Below are positions 10,201 through 16,797 of a DNA stretch of 40,125 nucleotides, piece after piece. A program made the position numbers and the translations under genes. Origin of the DNA: Rickettsiales bacterium (GTDB lineage Bacteria; Pseudomonadota; Alphaproteobacteria; Rickettsiales; UBA1997). Position 1 is the stretch's first letter; every line of letters begins with the position of its first letter. The notes under the pieces are model-generated. The model searched no databases and was not told the DNA's origin. It saw nothing but the letters and a program-made list of their open reading frames with translations. Location: positions 1 to 40,125 of the forward strand of contig JAUMFK010000005.1 of NCBI GenBank assembly GCA_032119875.1, given 5' to 3'.

Positions 10201-13200
10201 TAATGTTTGAATTTATGGTAGGTATATTTATACGCAATAATGTAACATTTACTGTTGCTTTGTAAGCCTGCCAATTTGGTATAGTGCCAAGATTAACAGG
10301 GCAACCCATGAAACCAGGGCAATATCCTGGAAGACCACCCAAGCTATTACCGCAATCTACTTTACTTACACCTATATTTTGTTGTAATATTCCGCTAGGA
10401 CATTGAATTATCTTTTTTAAATAAGCATAATCAGCATTATGTAAAATATGTTCGCCTTCTATTATAGTGCCACCAGAAATACTGGCAGTAGCATTGCAAG
10501 TTTTACCAGAGCCACCACCACCGCCACCTGCCACTACAAGTGGTAAAATTGTTTTTGTAGCTGGTTTTACCAAAGCAATCACACTTGCCTCACCGCCGCC
10601 GCCTGCATAGCCAAATTCTTTTTTATAAACATTATAATCTTGGCTTTCACGATGCGAGCCCCCAGCAAAAAATCTATAAGGATTAACCTCGGTAGAATTT
10701 TTTCCACCAGCTCCCACAATAATTTTCAAGGTATAAAAATCGGGGCTTGTATAATAAGCTGAATTAGCACTAATTTTAAAACCATTTGCATTTGTAATAG
10801 TAAGTTCTGTAGCATTTCTACCATCGATATTATAATCTAGCGATGCAGGAGTATAATTATATGAAGCACCGCCACCTCCACCAATAATTGTGATTTTAGT
10901 AATTTTGCTATCTTTTTGAATTGTTAGATGATAAACTCCTTGATTATCATATGTTAATGATTGCCCATCTAAAAACTCAATAACAACTTTACCTTGCTTG
11001 CCATTTTCAGGAATTTGTGCTGGTTTTGTTAGATCTAATTCAGCCTGCTGACCGCCACAACCATTTGTATCGCTTGGGCAAATGATTGGCGTTTCTATTT
11101 TTGTGAGGGGAGTAGCACCAACATCAAAACAATTATCGCAAACTTCATTAATACCGTTAGTGCCTTGCAAATTATATTCTGCGATACGACCAGAACTTTG
11201 TGATGGATCATAAGAAGCATAATATTCTCCTCCAGTTGCTTTGTTTATTCTATATTTTTTAGGATAACTTTTATTATTATTTACTACCCTTGCCGCTTTT
11301 TGTAAAGAACAAGCATTTTGAGTATTAAATTTTACAAAACCAGATTGAGTAGCGGTAAACAAAACAAAAGGATGAACAGTGTATTTTAAGCCATTGCAGT
11401 TTACTGTTGTTTTTGTTGTTATTTTTAATGTTGTATTTGGATATATTATTAAATTGTCATTACCATCTTTTACAACAGGATAGTTTGATTTGTTAAAATC
11501 GGTAAGAGAAATATTAATCATACATGCAGCAGGAGTACCAACAGGAATAATAAGTTTTACATACAAAGGTATTAAAGTTGAATCATCTTTATATGGAGAT
11601 CCAGTAACATCATAGTTTGTTATTTTTTCTCTTAGTTTATCATATGTTAATGCAACAACATAATTACCCGAATCAGAAGTAAATGAAACATCTTGTGGTT
11701 CAGATGCAGTATTATTGCTAAAAACGAGTTGTTCTGTTTTTGGTGGCGAAACAGCGGCAACAACAACTCTTCTGGTATAGTTAGCAATTTTCACTTGCTC
11801 TTTTTCAGATTCGTATTTTGTTGTTATGTCAAATCTATTATCAGATTGATTCTTATATTGACATTGAAGAGGTGCAGAGGAAGTTTCGCAAGCAAAATCT
11901 GTTTGCGATATTGTTGTTTGTGGATGTATTTTTATATAACATGAATTTTGACATTGTTCATCATCATCAGATGGAACACCGGCAATGGCAGCTTTTTCTG
12001 AATTCTTAAGTGGGCGATAGAAGTTTATTTTAGTTCTATTAGGCTCAGAAACACTTGCAATGTCTAAAGAGACATTTGGTTTATATTGAGTTTTTTGTTT
12101 TAAAGACATAGTCTTTGATGTTGCACAATCCTCGCCGAGCAATGAAAAACCATAAATATGTTTATCAGGTAAAGAAGTGTTAGAAACAAGATGACAAAGA
12201 CTAGTGGTTGAGGTGCCTAAAGTAATCTCACCAGTTGCCTGAATTTCTACTTTTGAGCCAGCAGATATTTGCAAACCGCCACTTGAATTTGGAGAAAATT
12301 TTAAAGTAGTAGACTTCCAAGGTGGCATAAATTTATCTTGCCAATCTATATCTTCTACCGATGGTATCAAAAAACAATTTTCTCCTGATTGTTCGCACAA
12401 AGCTTTGATACTTAAAATTTGTGGAGGAGAATTAATATCTTCGTAAATAAAAGATTGGCTATTAGTAATTTGTTTTACTTTGATTTTATATTCATTACTC
12501 GAACTAACTATTTCTAAATTAGAATTAGTGCCAAAATGATGTTGAGTATCGGTTGTTATTGTTCTGTCGTTAGTATTAATTCCGCCCTGCTGCTTGATTT
12601 TAACATAATCAAATATCGCTATTGCCTTAGCATCATTTATTACTGTTGATGTTGAGGTTGGTGCTGTTATAAAAAAATTTTTAAATTCAGCCTTATCAAT
12701 AAGATCTGATACCTTAATTTGACAAGTAAATGTATCTCTTGATAAATTACAACTATCAAAATTATCTATCAATATTTGTTTTTTTAATATTTTGCCTTCT
12801 CCTTCATCAATGGCAATGGCAATTGCCAGAGCTAATTTTTTTGTGTAAGCAGGATTTTGCAATTTACTAAATATCGTCTTTAATTCACTACCGCTATCAT
12901 CCCAACTAAAAGTGTAGATAAAATCGTCTTGTACAACATCCTTTTTAGCATTAAGAGAAGAGTTGACAATAAATAAATTACCATCTAGGTCATGTTTTAA
13001 AATAGATTTGCCAGTGTAAGGGTTAAATATATCGTATTCATCAAAAGAATCACGAGCAGAAGAAATAGCGACATCTGTTGCTCCATTTTTTATTTGTAAT
13101 CGGCTTGCAACATGGCTACAAGCTCTATGCTTTCTGCATCGTTGCACACAACTATCTATACATTGATTTTGAACATCAACAAGATTTAAAGGATTACTTG

Positions 13201-13813
13201 GTGGTGTGGGTGGTTGTTGCCAAGTAGAAGAACTAGAAAACAAATACTCATTAGTTGCTAGGATAATTGGTTGAGCTGCTTCAGATTTAGTTTTAAAGTT
13301 ACAGCCTTTATTTTTATAGTTTGTATCATTAGGTTTTACACAGCTTAATTCATCTAAGGTAAGTTCATTTGCAATATCATTATTCAAAAAACGACAATTT
13401 TTATTTTGTCCTTGTATATTTATATAGCCATCGTAAGATTCTTCGCAATGTTCTACTCCTTGAGCTCCGTTTAAACAATAAAGTAAATCTTTGTTAAAAC
13501 TAGAAAAACCACCTGTTTCTAATATTTTATATGAACATTCATCGGTTTGATCGTTTGCAGATCTAAACGATAATACATCAAATCTTTCGATATCTTCAAA
13601 ACCAAAATCATCTGCCTCAATGCAAATACCTTTTCTATTATCGCAAGCACACAAAATAAAAAGGCAAACAAGCAAAAATATTTTTAATGAATAAATTTTA
13701 ATATTATTAAACAAGATACCAAATTGATTATTGTTGCAGAAAGTGTTTTTATAATAAAATTTTATCGTAATTATAAAAAAGTAATTTAGCAAGAGAAATT
13801 TGCTAGTTTTCAT
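4205..13813 (-). CDS. Giant (3,202 aa) mosaic secreted or lipoprotein-like adhesin candidate: glycine-rich block, 3 LamG-like, 2 PA14 and about 15 CCP/Sushi-like four-Cys modules
   Basis: Uninterrupted 9,609-nt ORF. Its ATG overlaps the znuC stop by 11 nt. Domain motifs were read from the translation (see sub-features). Opposite-strand ORFs inside it are short and low-complexity. Confidence 0.85.
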   Translation of the reverse strand: MKTSKFLLLNYFFIITIKFYYKNTFCNNNQFGILFNNIKIYSLKIFLLVCLFILCACDNRKGICIEADDFGFEDIERFDVLSFRSANDQTDECSYKILETGGFSSFNKDLLYCLNGAQGVEHCEESYDGYINIQGQNKNCRFLNNDIANELTLDELSCVKPNDTNYKNKGCNFKTKSEAAQPIILATNEYLFSSSSTWQQPPTPPSNPLNLVDVQNQCIDSCVQRCRKHRACSHVASRLQIKNGATDVAISSARDSFDEYDIFNPYTGKSILKHDLDGNLFIVNSSLNAKKDVVQDDFIYTFSWDDSGSELKTIFSKLQNPAYTKKLALAIAIAIDEGEGKILKKQILIDNFDSCNLSRDTFTCQIKVSDLIDKAEFKNFFITAPTSTSTVINDAKAIAIFDYVKIKQQGGINTNDRTITTDTQHHFGTNSNLEIVSSSNEYKIKVKQITNSQSFIYEDINSPPQILSIKALCEQSGENCFLIPSVEDIDWQDKFMPPWKSTTLKFSPNSSGGLQISAGSKVEIQATGEITLGTSTTSLCHLVSNTSLPDKHIYGFSLLGEDCATSKTMSLKQKTQYKPNVSLDIASVSEPNRTKINFYRPLKNSEKAAIAGVPSDDDEQCQNSCYIKIHPQTTISQTDFACETSSAPLQCQYKNQSDNRFDITTKYESEKEQVKIANYTRRVVVAAVSPPKTEQLVFSNNTASEPQDVSFTSDSGNYVVALTYDKLREKITNYDVTGSPYKDDSTLIPLYVKLIIPVGTPAACMINISLTDFNKSNYPVVKDGNDNLIIYPNTTLKITTKTTVNCNGLKYTVHPFVLFTATQSGFVKFNTQNACSLQKAARVVNNNKSYPKKYRINKATGGEYYASYDPSQSSGRIAEYNLQGTNGINEVCDNCFDVGATPLTKIETPIICPSDTNGCGGQQAELDLTKPAQIPENGKQGKVVIEFLDGQSLTYDNQGVYHLTIQKDSKITKITIIGGGGGASYNYTPASLDYNIDGRNATELTITNANGFKISANSAYYTSPDFYTLKIIVGAGGKNSTEVNPYRFFAGGSHRESQDYNVYKKEFGYAGGGGEASVIALVKPATKTILPLVVAGGGGGGSGKTCNATASISGGTIIEGEHILHNADYAYLKKIIQCPSGILQQNIGVSKVDCGNSLGGLPGYCPGFMGCPVNLGTIPNWQAYKATVNVTLLRINIPTINSNISCNTGYAGTPKYTCKTEQGQNNFLALSGCYPNTGSTQLTPSLWLEAKDNPLAAFGGSAAPANRALIDRWKSQSPDALGGNAIEVNQASETNRPVYISNGINSFPTLQFDSSDNLSNLNISVDKLLGNLASKNTATLFVVQQVNNNTNSKSFKLYYSDQQFALRAYDSNSLFFDFGVCCDSSSSSINKTAFTNQPTILSVKKQGNNLYAYQNSQLLVQSTANAATSTITIDPTVSTALNIASVFDGKISEVLVYKEALTDPQITAVENYLKAKWNIASGCSASTLLNGNHGVKTIYMSGETATCNTGYSSSTAPTNPTCNNGIWSASCTLNICTAPSVIPTGYTLPSGFTYSYTGLVTSREITGASCATGYRGTPVINYFCNKTNSNPTSATIQSASGCTINTCTVPATTGYSYSTNPVNYGSGSISASCTTGYNGTATVNYTCDNTSSNNDPIDATINASNCNANICNASISNGTYNGIAKTIATGQTNAIFAEPFSNHFLCNKGYGNLTRGGTTALCIDLNTQVNVGSCSANSCSVALFAGNTINNISTGNSYGTLTCNDPDGAGPLTAPNPIYTIPACINTNDPYQVCYTESNNINCPNSSTTYRIGTCLPTDITITGNQLTLWLDASDLDTITKDSSNKVSAWSSKVTSANGSATIVKQSTSANQPTYNATGFDGISKPSLSFDGTLTTNNSLFTDITNTMPITNGSGQYTLIAVYKPTATSGYYVIMEQNSSSSTLTTGTRAGMMIVNSNPNFSGQNIDRLDNTSGYPSITNNNPYITAIVVNKTISLPFSFYNNSPSPNNLAPNANSQDLSSLSTGNTYFVVGRKFNNAEPYSGHIAELLIYNNALNQAQINGIQNYLAEKWSLPKVCNGTTSATGYTGVAGSFTHNQSLTCNTGYSGTITVNCTRYGSTATINGNCTANTCTASLSGSFGTGAVTSTSITTATSLASTNTTLANSLLCGTGYSKTWTGSGTAICTNPTTNITVGSCAINTCTVPATTGYSNLPANVNYTATSQPITGASCATGYTGTPVYTCFSGSVGSSTQATLSGCTANTCTASLSGSFGAGATTSKINSITTGQILPTTISGLSCGTGYSLTTTGSGTALCTNSGTTNITVGSCAINTCIAPSVIPAGYTLPSVFTYNYTGSTPQAIGLSCAAGYSGTATATYTCNNTSGSSTTATISSSSDCNSNCNVVLKSDGSITNWGSYKVYSGTSLSLIHNTTSSSAAGVYCNTGYAGAPQYTCNNGTLALSGCYPNVSSNVSAVLSGLYYETFASLGSSPNTYSLGSRLTSGITTNMVYNWSGNFILDTGRTSNVVIHFTGYYKATRTGNHYFGATTDDGVRIVVNNQLIINDWFDRPEGFSAPSSPIYLNIGDVVPVDIWYYQNGGGAYFAFYESADNSNWSPTANLTANVSISPSLQYETFSYSSGPSPSTSSGTKLTSGIITTMLNNWGSGNVLDTGRSDNVMIHFTGYYKATRTGNHYFNAGTDDGVQITINGNTVFSWWGDRGYELRNSSSPVYLNIGDVASVDIWYYENGGGAVFNFFESADNSNWSSITNLTANFPQQLTPSLWLETKDNPIAAFGGSSAPANGAAISKWKSQSPDALGGSAIEVNQTLSANQPRYSSSGINGYPTLQLDGNDWLSSDVYLDRGAININNLLGNVGSAKNTATLFVVQKVDTITDSGSVVFHGNKLSQRFLFSAYWGGNLYFDFGSCCNYNSSRIGIYSPTYNPIIVSLKKDVNNLYIYQNSQSLIQTPGSDTISDGDASDKLKLDIAWSLNGKIAEVILYKQALTDTQRTAVENYLKAKWNIASGCSASNISNANHGGKIFYFSGETATCNTGYSSSITPTNPTCNNGSWNGSCNINRCGTLANSNYSSLEGVYGNTAICNGSSGYGSSNPGSNPVCQANGTWSANCRWNSCNVNQITGYVGLPATVPNLNNLSYVYYFSPNVPCTTNYWGCFNGPGMCSGAYNCWNTNSNGYNINIDPMGCIQE
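4208..4756 (-). repeat. C-terminal array of about 3 CCP/Sushi-like modules (giant protein)
   Basis: 'ATCNTGYSSSITPTNPTCNNGSWNGSC' and 'AICNGSSGYGSSNPGSNPVCQANGTWSANC', followed by a Cys/Trp/Asn-rich tail ending 'MGCIQE'. Confidence 0.5.
4757..5502 (-). other. LamG-like module 3 of the giant protein (close paralogue of module 1)
   Basis: Runs from 'LTPSLWLETKDNPIAAFGGSSAPANGAAISKWKSQSPDALGGSAIEVNQ' to 'GKIAEVILYKQALTDTQRTAVENYLKAKWNI'. The DNA is highly similar to 9377-10110. Confidence 0.7.
5503..5935 (-). other. PA14-like module 2 of the giant protein (tandem with module 1)
   Basis: 'LQYETF..MIHFTGYYKATRTGNHYFNAGTDDGVQITINGNTVFSWW..VYLNIGDVASVDIWYYENGGGAVFNF'. Confidence 0.65.
5936..6388 (-). 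other. PA14-like module 1 of the giant protein
   Basis: 'GLYYETF..VIHFTGYYKATRTGNHYFGATTDDGVRIVVNNQLIINDW..IYLNIGDVVPVDIWYYQNGGGAYFAF'. This shows the PA14 pattern G.YY, G.Y.F, DDG, Y.enGG.a. Confidence 0.65.
6389..7597 (-). repeat. Array of about 6 four-Cys CCP/Sushi-like modules (giant protein), including a 396-nt tandem duplication (7043-7438 / about 6647-7042)
   Basis: 'LTCNTGYSGTITVNCTRYG', 'ASCATGYTGTPVYTCFSG..LSGC', 'LSCAAGYSGTATATYTCNNT' and 'VYCNTGYAGAPQYTCNNGTLALSGC'. An identical 33-mer lies at 7394-7426 and 6998-7030. An identical 38-mer lies at 7215-7252 and 6832-6869. Confidence 0.5.
7598..8345 (-). other. LamG-like module 2 of the giant protein
   Basis: Runs from 'LTLWLDASDLDTITKDSSNKVSAWSSKV..NQPTYNATGFDGISKPSLSFDG' to 'GHIAELLIYNNALNQAQINGIQNYLAEKWSL'. 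Confidence 0.7.
8346..9376 (-). repeat. Array of about 5 four-Cys CCP/Sushi-like modules (giant protein)
   Basis: Modules of 55-85 aa. Examples: 'ATCNTGYSSSTAPTNPTCNNGIWSASC', 'ASCATGYRGTPVINYFCNKT..SASGC', 'ASCTTGYNGTATVNYTCDNT..NASNC'. Confidence 0.5.
9377..10110 (-). other. LamG-like (concanavalin-A-like jelly roll) module 1 of the giant protein
   Basis: Runs from 'LTPSLWLEAKDNP..IDRWKSQSPDALGGNAIEVNQ..NRPVY..NGINSFPTLQFD' to 'GKISEVLVYKEALTDPQITAVENYLKAKWNI'. This is the pattern I associate with bacterial Laminin_G_3-type modules. Confidence 0.7.
10450..10900 (-). other. Glycine-rich domain of the giant protein (four strand + poly-Gly units)
   Basis: 'ITIIGGGGGASYNY', 'KIIVGAGGKNS', 'FGYAGGGGEASVIALV' and 'LVVAGGGGGGSGKTC', spaced about 35-50 aa apart. 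Confidence 0.5.
13643..13813 (-). other. N-terminal export signal of the giant protein with a lipobox-like 'LFILCAC'
   Basis: Two hydrophobic stretches in aa 1-57: 'FLLLNYFFIITI' and 'IFLLVCLFILCAC'. These are followed by polar 'DNRKG'. L-x-[A/G]-C resembles a lipoprotein box, but Cys at position -2 is atypical. Confidence 0.4.
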
Positions 13814-14552
13814 GCTTATGATAATGCATATGCTGATATAAAGCTATTTCAAGATGCTGTTTTGCTAAATCTACCCCAAATAAATTAAGATATTCTGGAT
13901 GCTTACTAATATCTTGCGGGCTACCATGGCAACAAATATGCTGATTAATACAAAAAACATGATCTGTTTTTTGCATTACCAAATTAAGATCGTGAGAAAC
14001 TAGCAAAATAGAGCATTTCCAAATGTTTTTAATATAATTTAACAGATAGTAAAATCGGTTAATTGCTATAATATCCATAAATTGAGTTGGCTCATCTAAA
14101 ACTAACAAAGTATTTTGTTTGTTAACAACCTCTACTTGGCTTGCGATTGCCCTTAATAACATAATTTTTTGCAACTGCCCACCAGAAAGTTGTGCCAGTT
14201 GCTTTGTTAGCAAATCGGAGATTTGCATTTGGTTTATGAGATCGAGAAAGAAAGTATCGTTTAAAGCTTTTTTATTAGTTAAATTTAGCAAATCAAGAGA
14301 AGTCATGGGAATATGATAGTCTAGATTTATTTTTTGAGGCATATAGCCAAAATATATGTTTTTTTGCCGAATAATATTGCCAGATGTTGGTTTAATAAGT
14401 TGCAAAATAATTTTTAGCAACGAAGTTTTGCCCCCGCCATTTGGACCAATAACAGTGGTGATTTGTTCTTGTTTGATATTTAGAGATATATTGTTTAAAA
14501 TTTTTTGCTTATTTGATTTTAAACTAATATTTTCTAAAGTAATTAATGCCAT
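13803..14552 (-). CDS. znuC: Zinc-import ABC transporter ATP-binding protein ZnuC
   Basis: Walker A 'GPNGGGKTS', signature 'LSGGQLQK', Walker B 'LLVLDEPT'. ZnuC-like 'VSHDLNLVMQKTDHVFCINQHICCHG' and a His-rich tail 'YQHMHYHKHEN'. Confidence 0.75.
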   Translation of the reverse strand: MALITLENISLKSNKQKILNNISLNIKQEQITTVIGPNGGGKTSLLKIILQLIKPTSGNIIRQKNIYFGYMPQKINLDYHIPMTSLDLLNLTNKKALNDTFFLDLINQMQISDLLTKQLAQLSGGQLQKIMLLRAIASQVEVVNKQNTLLVLDEPTQFMDIIAINRFYYLLNYIKNIWKCSILLVSHDLNLVMQKTDHVFCINQHICCHGSPQDISKHPEYLNLFGVDLAKQHLEIALYQHMHYHKHEN

Positions 14553-14617
14553 AAATAAAAAAATTTTGTTTAAAAAAGATAAAACTAGATTTAGAATTAT
14601 AAATGCAATTTGGTATT

Positions 14618-14676
14618 ATACCATTTCAACTTTAAAATTAATCAATCTAACAATGTATTTTAAGTTGAAATGGTAT
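14618..14676. repeat. 59-nt palindromic element, copy A (between the panC stop and the znuC start)
   Basis: Arms are 'ataccatttcaactttaaaa' and 'attttaagttgaaatggtat'. The reverse complement matches copy B (32455-32513) at 57/59. Confidence 0.75.
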
Positions 14677-15512
14677 TAATTAGTAAAAATTAGATTATCA
14701 ATTAATCGAACATTTTCTAAAACAGCGGCAATAAAAATTCGAGCTTGTGTTTTGTTGTATAAAGAAATTTCATTTGGATTTATAAGAGAAAGATCTTGGC
14801 TATCACGAATCTCAAGGTATTCTACTTTGCTAAAACCTTTTGTTAAAAGATTATCAGAAATATTGTTAATGTGGGTTGGATTTTGTGCCACACACAATAA
14901 AGCTTGATGAATATTACTAGCAATAAGCAAACCATTTTCTGAAAGTAAAGCATTACGCGAAGAAAGTGCTAAACCATTGTTATTTCTTATGGTTGGGCTA
15001 GCAATAATTTGCAAATCAAAATTAAAATATTCTACTATTTTTTTGATGATGGTAAGTTGTTGAAAATCTTTTTCGCCAAAAATTGCAAAATTAGGCTTAA
15101 CAATATTAAAAAGCTTAATAATAATCAAACAAACTCCGGCAAAATGTTTTGGGCGAAACTTACCGCACAAGCAATTTTCTAGGTTTTCAGCAGGCAAAAT
15201 GGTAAAATAATCTTGATTTTCTGGCAATATTTCTAGATCATTGGGGGCAAAAACCACATCAACATTTTGCTCTTGTAATAATTTTAAATCGGCAGATAAA
15301 TTTTTAGGATAAGATTGATAATCTTGTAAATTATTAAATTGTTTTTTATTTACAAAAATACTTACCACCGCAATTTCGGCTATTTCTTTTGCATGTTTTA
15401 CTAAAGAAAGATGGCCAAAATGCAATGATCCCATTGTTGGAACCAAGGCAACAGTTTTGTTTTGTGTAGCTAAAAAAGTTTTTAATTGTTTGATAGTGGT
15501 AAAAATTAGCAT
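14676..15512 (-). CDS. panC: Pantoate--beta-alanine ligase
   Basis: 'ALVPTMGSLHFGHLSLV' (PTMG.LH.GH motif). The length of 278 aa is typical. Confidence 0.85.
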   Translation of the reverse strand: MLIFTTIKQLKTFLATQNKTVALVPTMGSLHFGHLSLVKHAKEIAEIAVVSIFVNKKQFNNLQDYQSYPKNLSADLKLLQEQNVDVVFAPNDLEILPENQDYFTILPAENLENCLCGKFRPKHFAGVCLIIIKLFNIVKPNFAIFGEKDFQQLTIIKKIVEYFNFDLQIIASPTIRNNNGLALSSRNALLSENGLLIASNIHQALLCVAQNPTHINNISDNLLTKGFSKVEYLEIRDSQDLSLINPNEISLYNKTQARIFIAAVLENVRLIDNLIFTN

Positions 15513-15517
15513 AGATT

Positions 15518-16759
15518 TTATCTATCGATCTCTCCAAATACAATATCTTGTGTTGAAATTATGGTTACAACATCAGCTAATAAATGACCTTTTGTCATGA
15601 ATTCTAAACCCTGCAAATGTGCAAAACCCGGAGCGCGTAAACGACATCGATAGGGCTTGCTAGTGCCATCTGCCACTATATAAACCCCAAATTCGCCTTT
15701 TGGAGCCTCAACTGCTGCATAAACTTCGCCAGCAGGAACTTTATAACCTTCGGTAAAAAGTTTAAAATGGGCAATTAAACTTTCCATTGATTGTTTCATG
15801 TTATCGCGACTTGGTGGAGCAATTTTAGGATCTTGACAAAACACTATTCCGTCAGGCATTTTATTTAAACATTGTGTAATTATTTTTAGAGATTCTCGCA
15901 TTTCTTGCACTCTAATTAAATAACGATCGTAAGAATCGCCGTTTTTGCCAATAGGAATATCAAAATCTAGCTCGTTATAAACTTCGTAAGGTTGGTTTTT
16001 GCGCAAATCCCAAGCAACACCAGAGCCTCTTAACATTGGCCCAGAAAAGCCCCAATCAAGAGCCTGCTCTACAGAAACAACACCAATATCAACTAGGCGT
16101 TGTTTGAAAATACGGTTATCATTTAGTAAATTTTCGAGATTATCAATTTTTGCTTCGAATTGCTCAACAAAAATTTTTATTTCGTCAAGCAAACCAATAG
16201 GCAAATCAAGAGCCACACCTCCTGGCCTTATATAAGCCGAATGCATTCGAGAACCAGAAACTTTTTCGTAAAAAATCATTATTTTTTCTCTTTCTTCAAA
16301 TAGCCATAAAAGAGGAGTCATGGCACCAACATCGAGAGCTTGAGTAGTGATGTTCATGATATGATTTAAAATTCTGGTAAGCTCCGAGAACAAAACTCTA
16401 ATAAAACTCGCCCTTCTTGGAACTTGGCAGTTTAAAAGCTTTTCAACAGCCAAAGCAAAAGCATGCTCTTGACACATTGGCGAAACATAATCGAGCCTAT
16501 CAAAATAAGGCACAGCTTGTAAATAGGTTTTGTATTCAATTAATTTTTCAGTTCCACGATGCAACAAGCCAATGTGAGGATCGGCTCTAGTTACAACTTC
16601 ACCATCAAGCTCAAGTATTAGCCTTAATACACCGTGAGCGGCGGGATGTTGCGGGCCAAAATTAATAGTGATATTTTTAGAATTTGCTTGATTTTGCAAC
16701 ATAAATAAAGAGAAAATTTGATTTTTTATGGCACTGTTGAAAATAGTATAAATTAGCAA
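15518..16759 (-). CDS. nuoD: NADH-quinone oxidoreductase subunit D
   Basis: '[15 protein letters not shown]', 'RLDYVS', and C-terminal '[10 protein letters not shown]'. The likely true start is the internal ATG at 16702 ('MLQNQANSK'). Confidence 0.9.
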   Translation of the reverse strand: MLIYTIFNSAIKNQIFSLFMLQNQANSKNITINFGPQHPAAHGVLRLILELDGEVVTRADPHIGLLHRGTEKLIEYKTYLQAVPYFDRLDYVSPMCQEHAFALAVEKLLNCQVPRRASFIRVLFSELTRILNHIMNITTQALDVGAMTPLLWLFEEREKIMIFYEKVSGSRMHSAYIRPGGVALDLPIGLLDEIKIFVEQFEAKIDNLENLLNDNRIFKQRLVDIGVVSVEQALDWGFSGPMLRGSGVAWDLRKNQPYEVYNELDFDIPIGKNGDSYDRYLIRVQEMRESLKIITQCLNKMPDGIVFCQDPKIAPPSRDNMKQSMESLIAHFKLFTEGYKVPAGEVYAAVEAPKGEFGVYIVADGTSKPYRCRLRAPGFAHLQGLEFMTKGHLLADVVTIISTQDIVFGEIDR

Positions 16760-16797
16760 TTCTGTTTTTGCAATGATATTATTTATTAGAAATAAGA

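Noticed and set aside
4205-10450. Periodic repeats that could superficially suggest a CRISPR array or satellite.
   Set aside because: The repeats have periods of 396-450 nt or are kilobases apart. They are in-frame coding module duplications without short spacer/repeat alternation. No cas genes are present.
4415-12009. Tracked ORFs of 61-117 aa inside or antisense to the giant gene (for example 4415..4729, 5371..5616, 7072..7329, 8251..8514, 9556..9909, 11693..11944).
   Set aside because: All lie within the uninterrupted 9.6-kb ORF. Their translations are low-complexity (L/I/V/A-rich mirror images of the Gly/Thr/Ser/Asn-rich coding strand) and carry no motifs. They are best explained as shadow ORFs.
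14605-14627. A Zur-box-like sequence upstream of znuC. The minus strand 'GAAATGGTATAATACCAAATTGC' matches about 18/23 to the gammaproteobacterial Zur consensus GAAATGTTATANTATAACATTTC, as I recall it.
   Set aside because: Half of the match comes from the arm of the 59-nt palindromic repeat. The same arm gives about 15/23 at copy B (32455-32513), in a non-promoter context. The consensus is from a different class and the background is AT-rich. It is worth an EMSA or regulon search, but it is not supportable as a feature.
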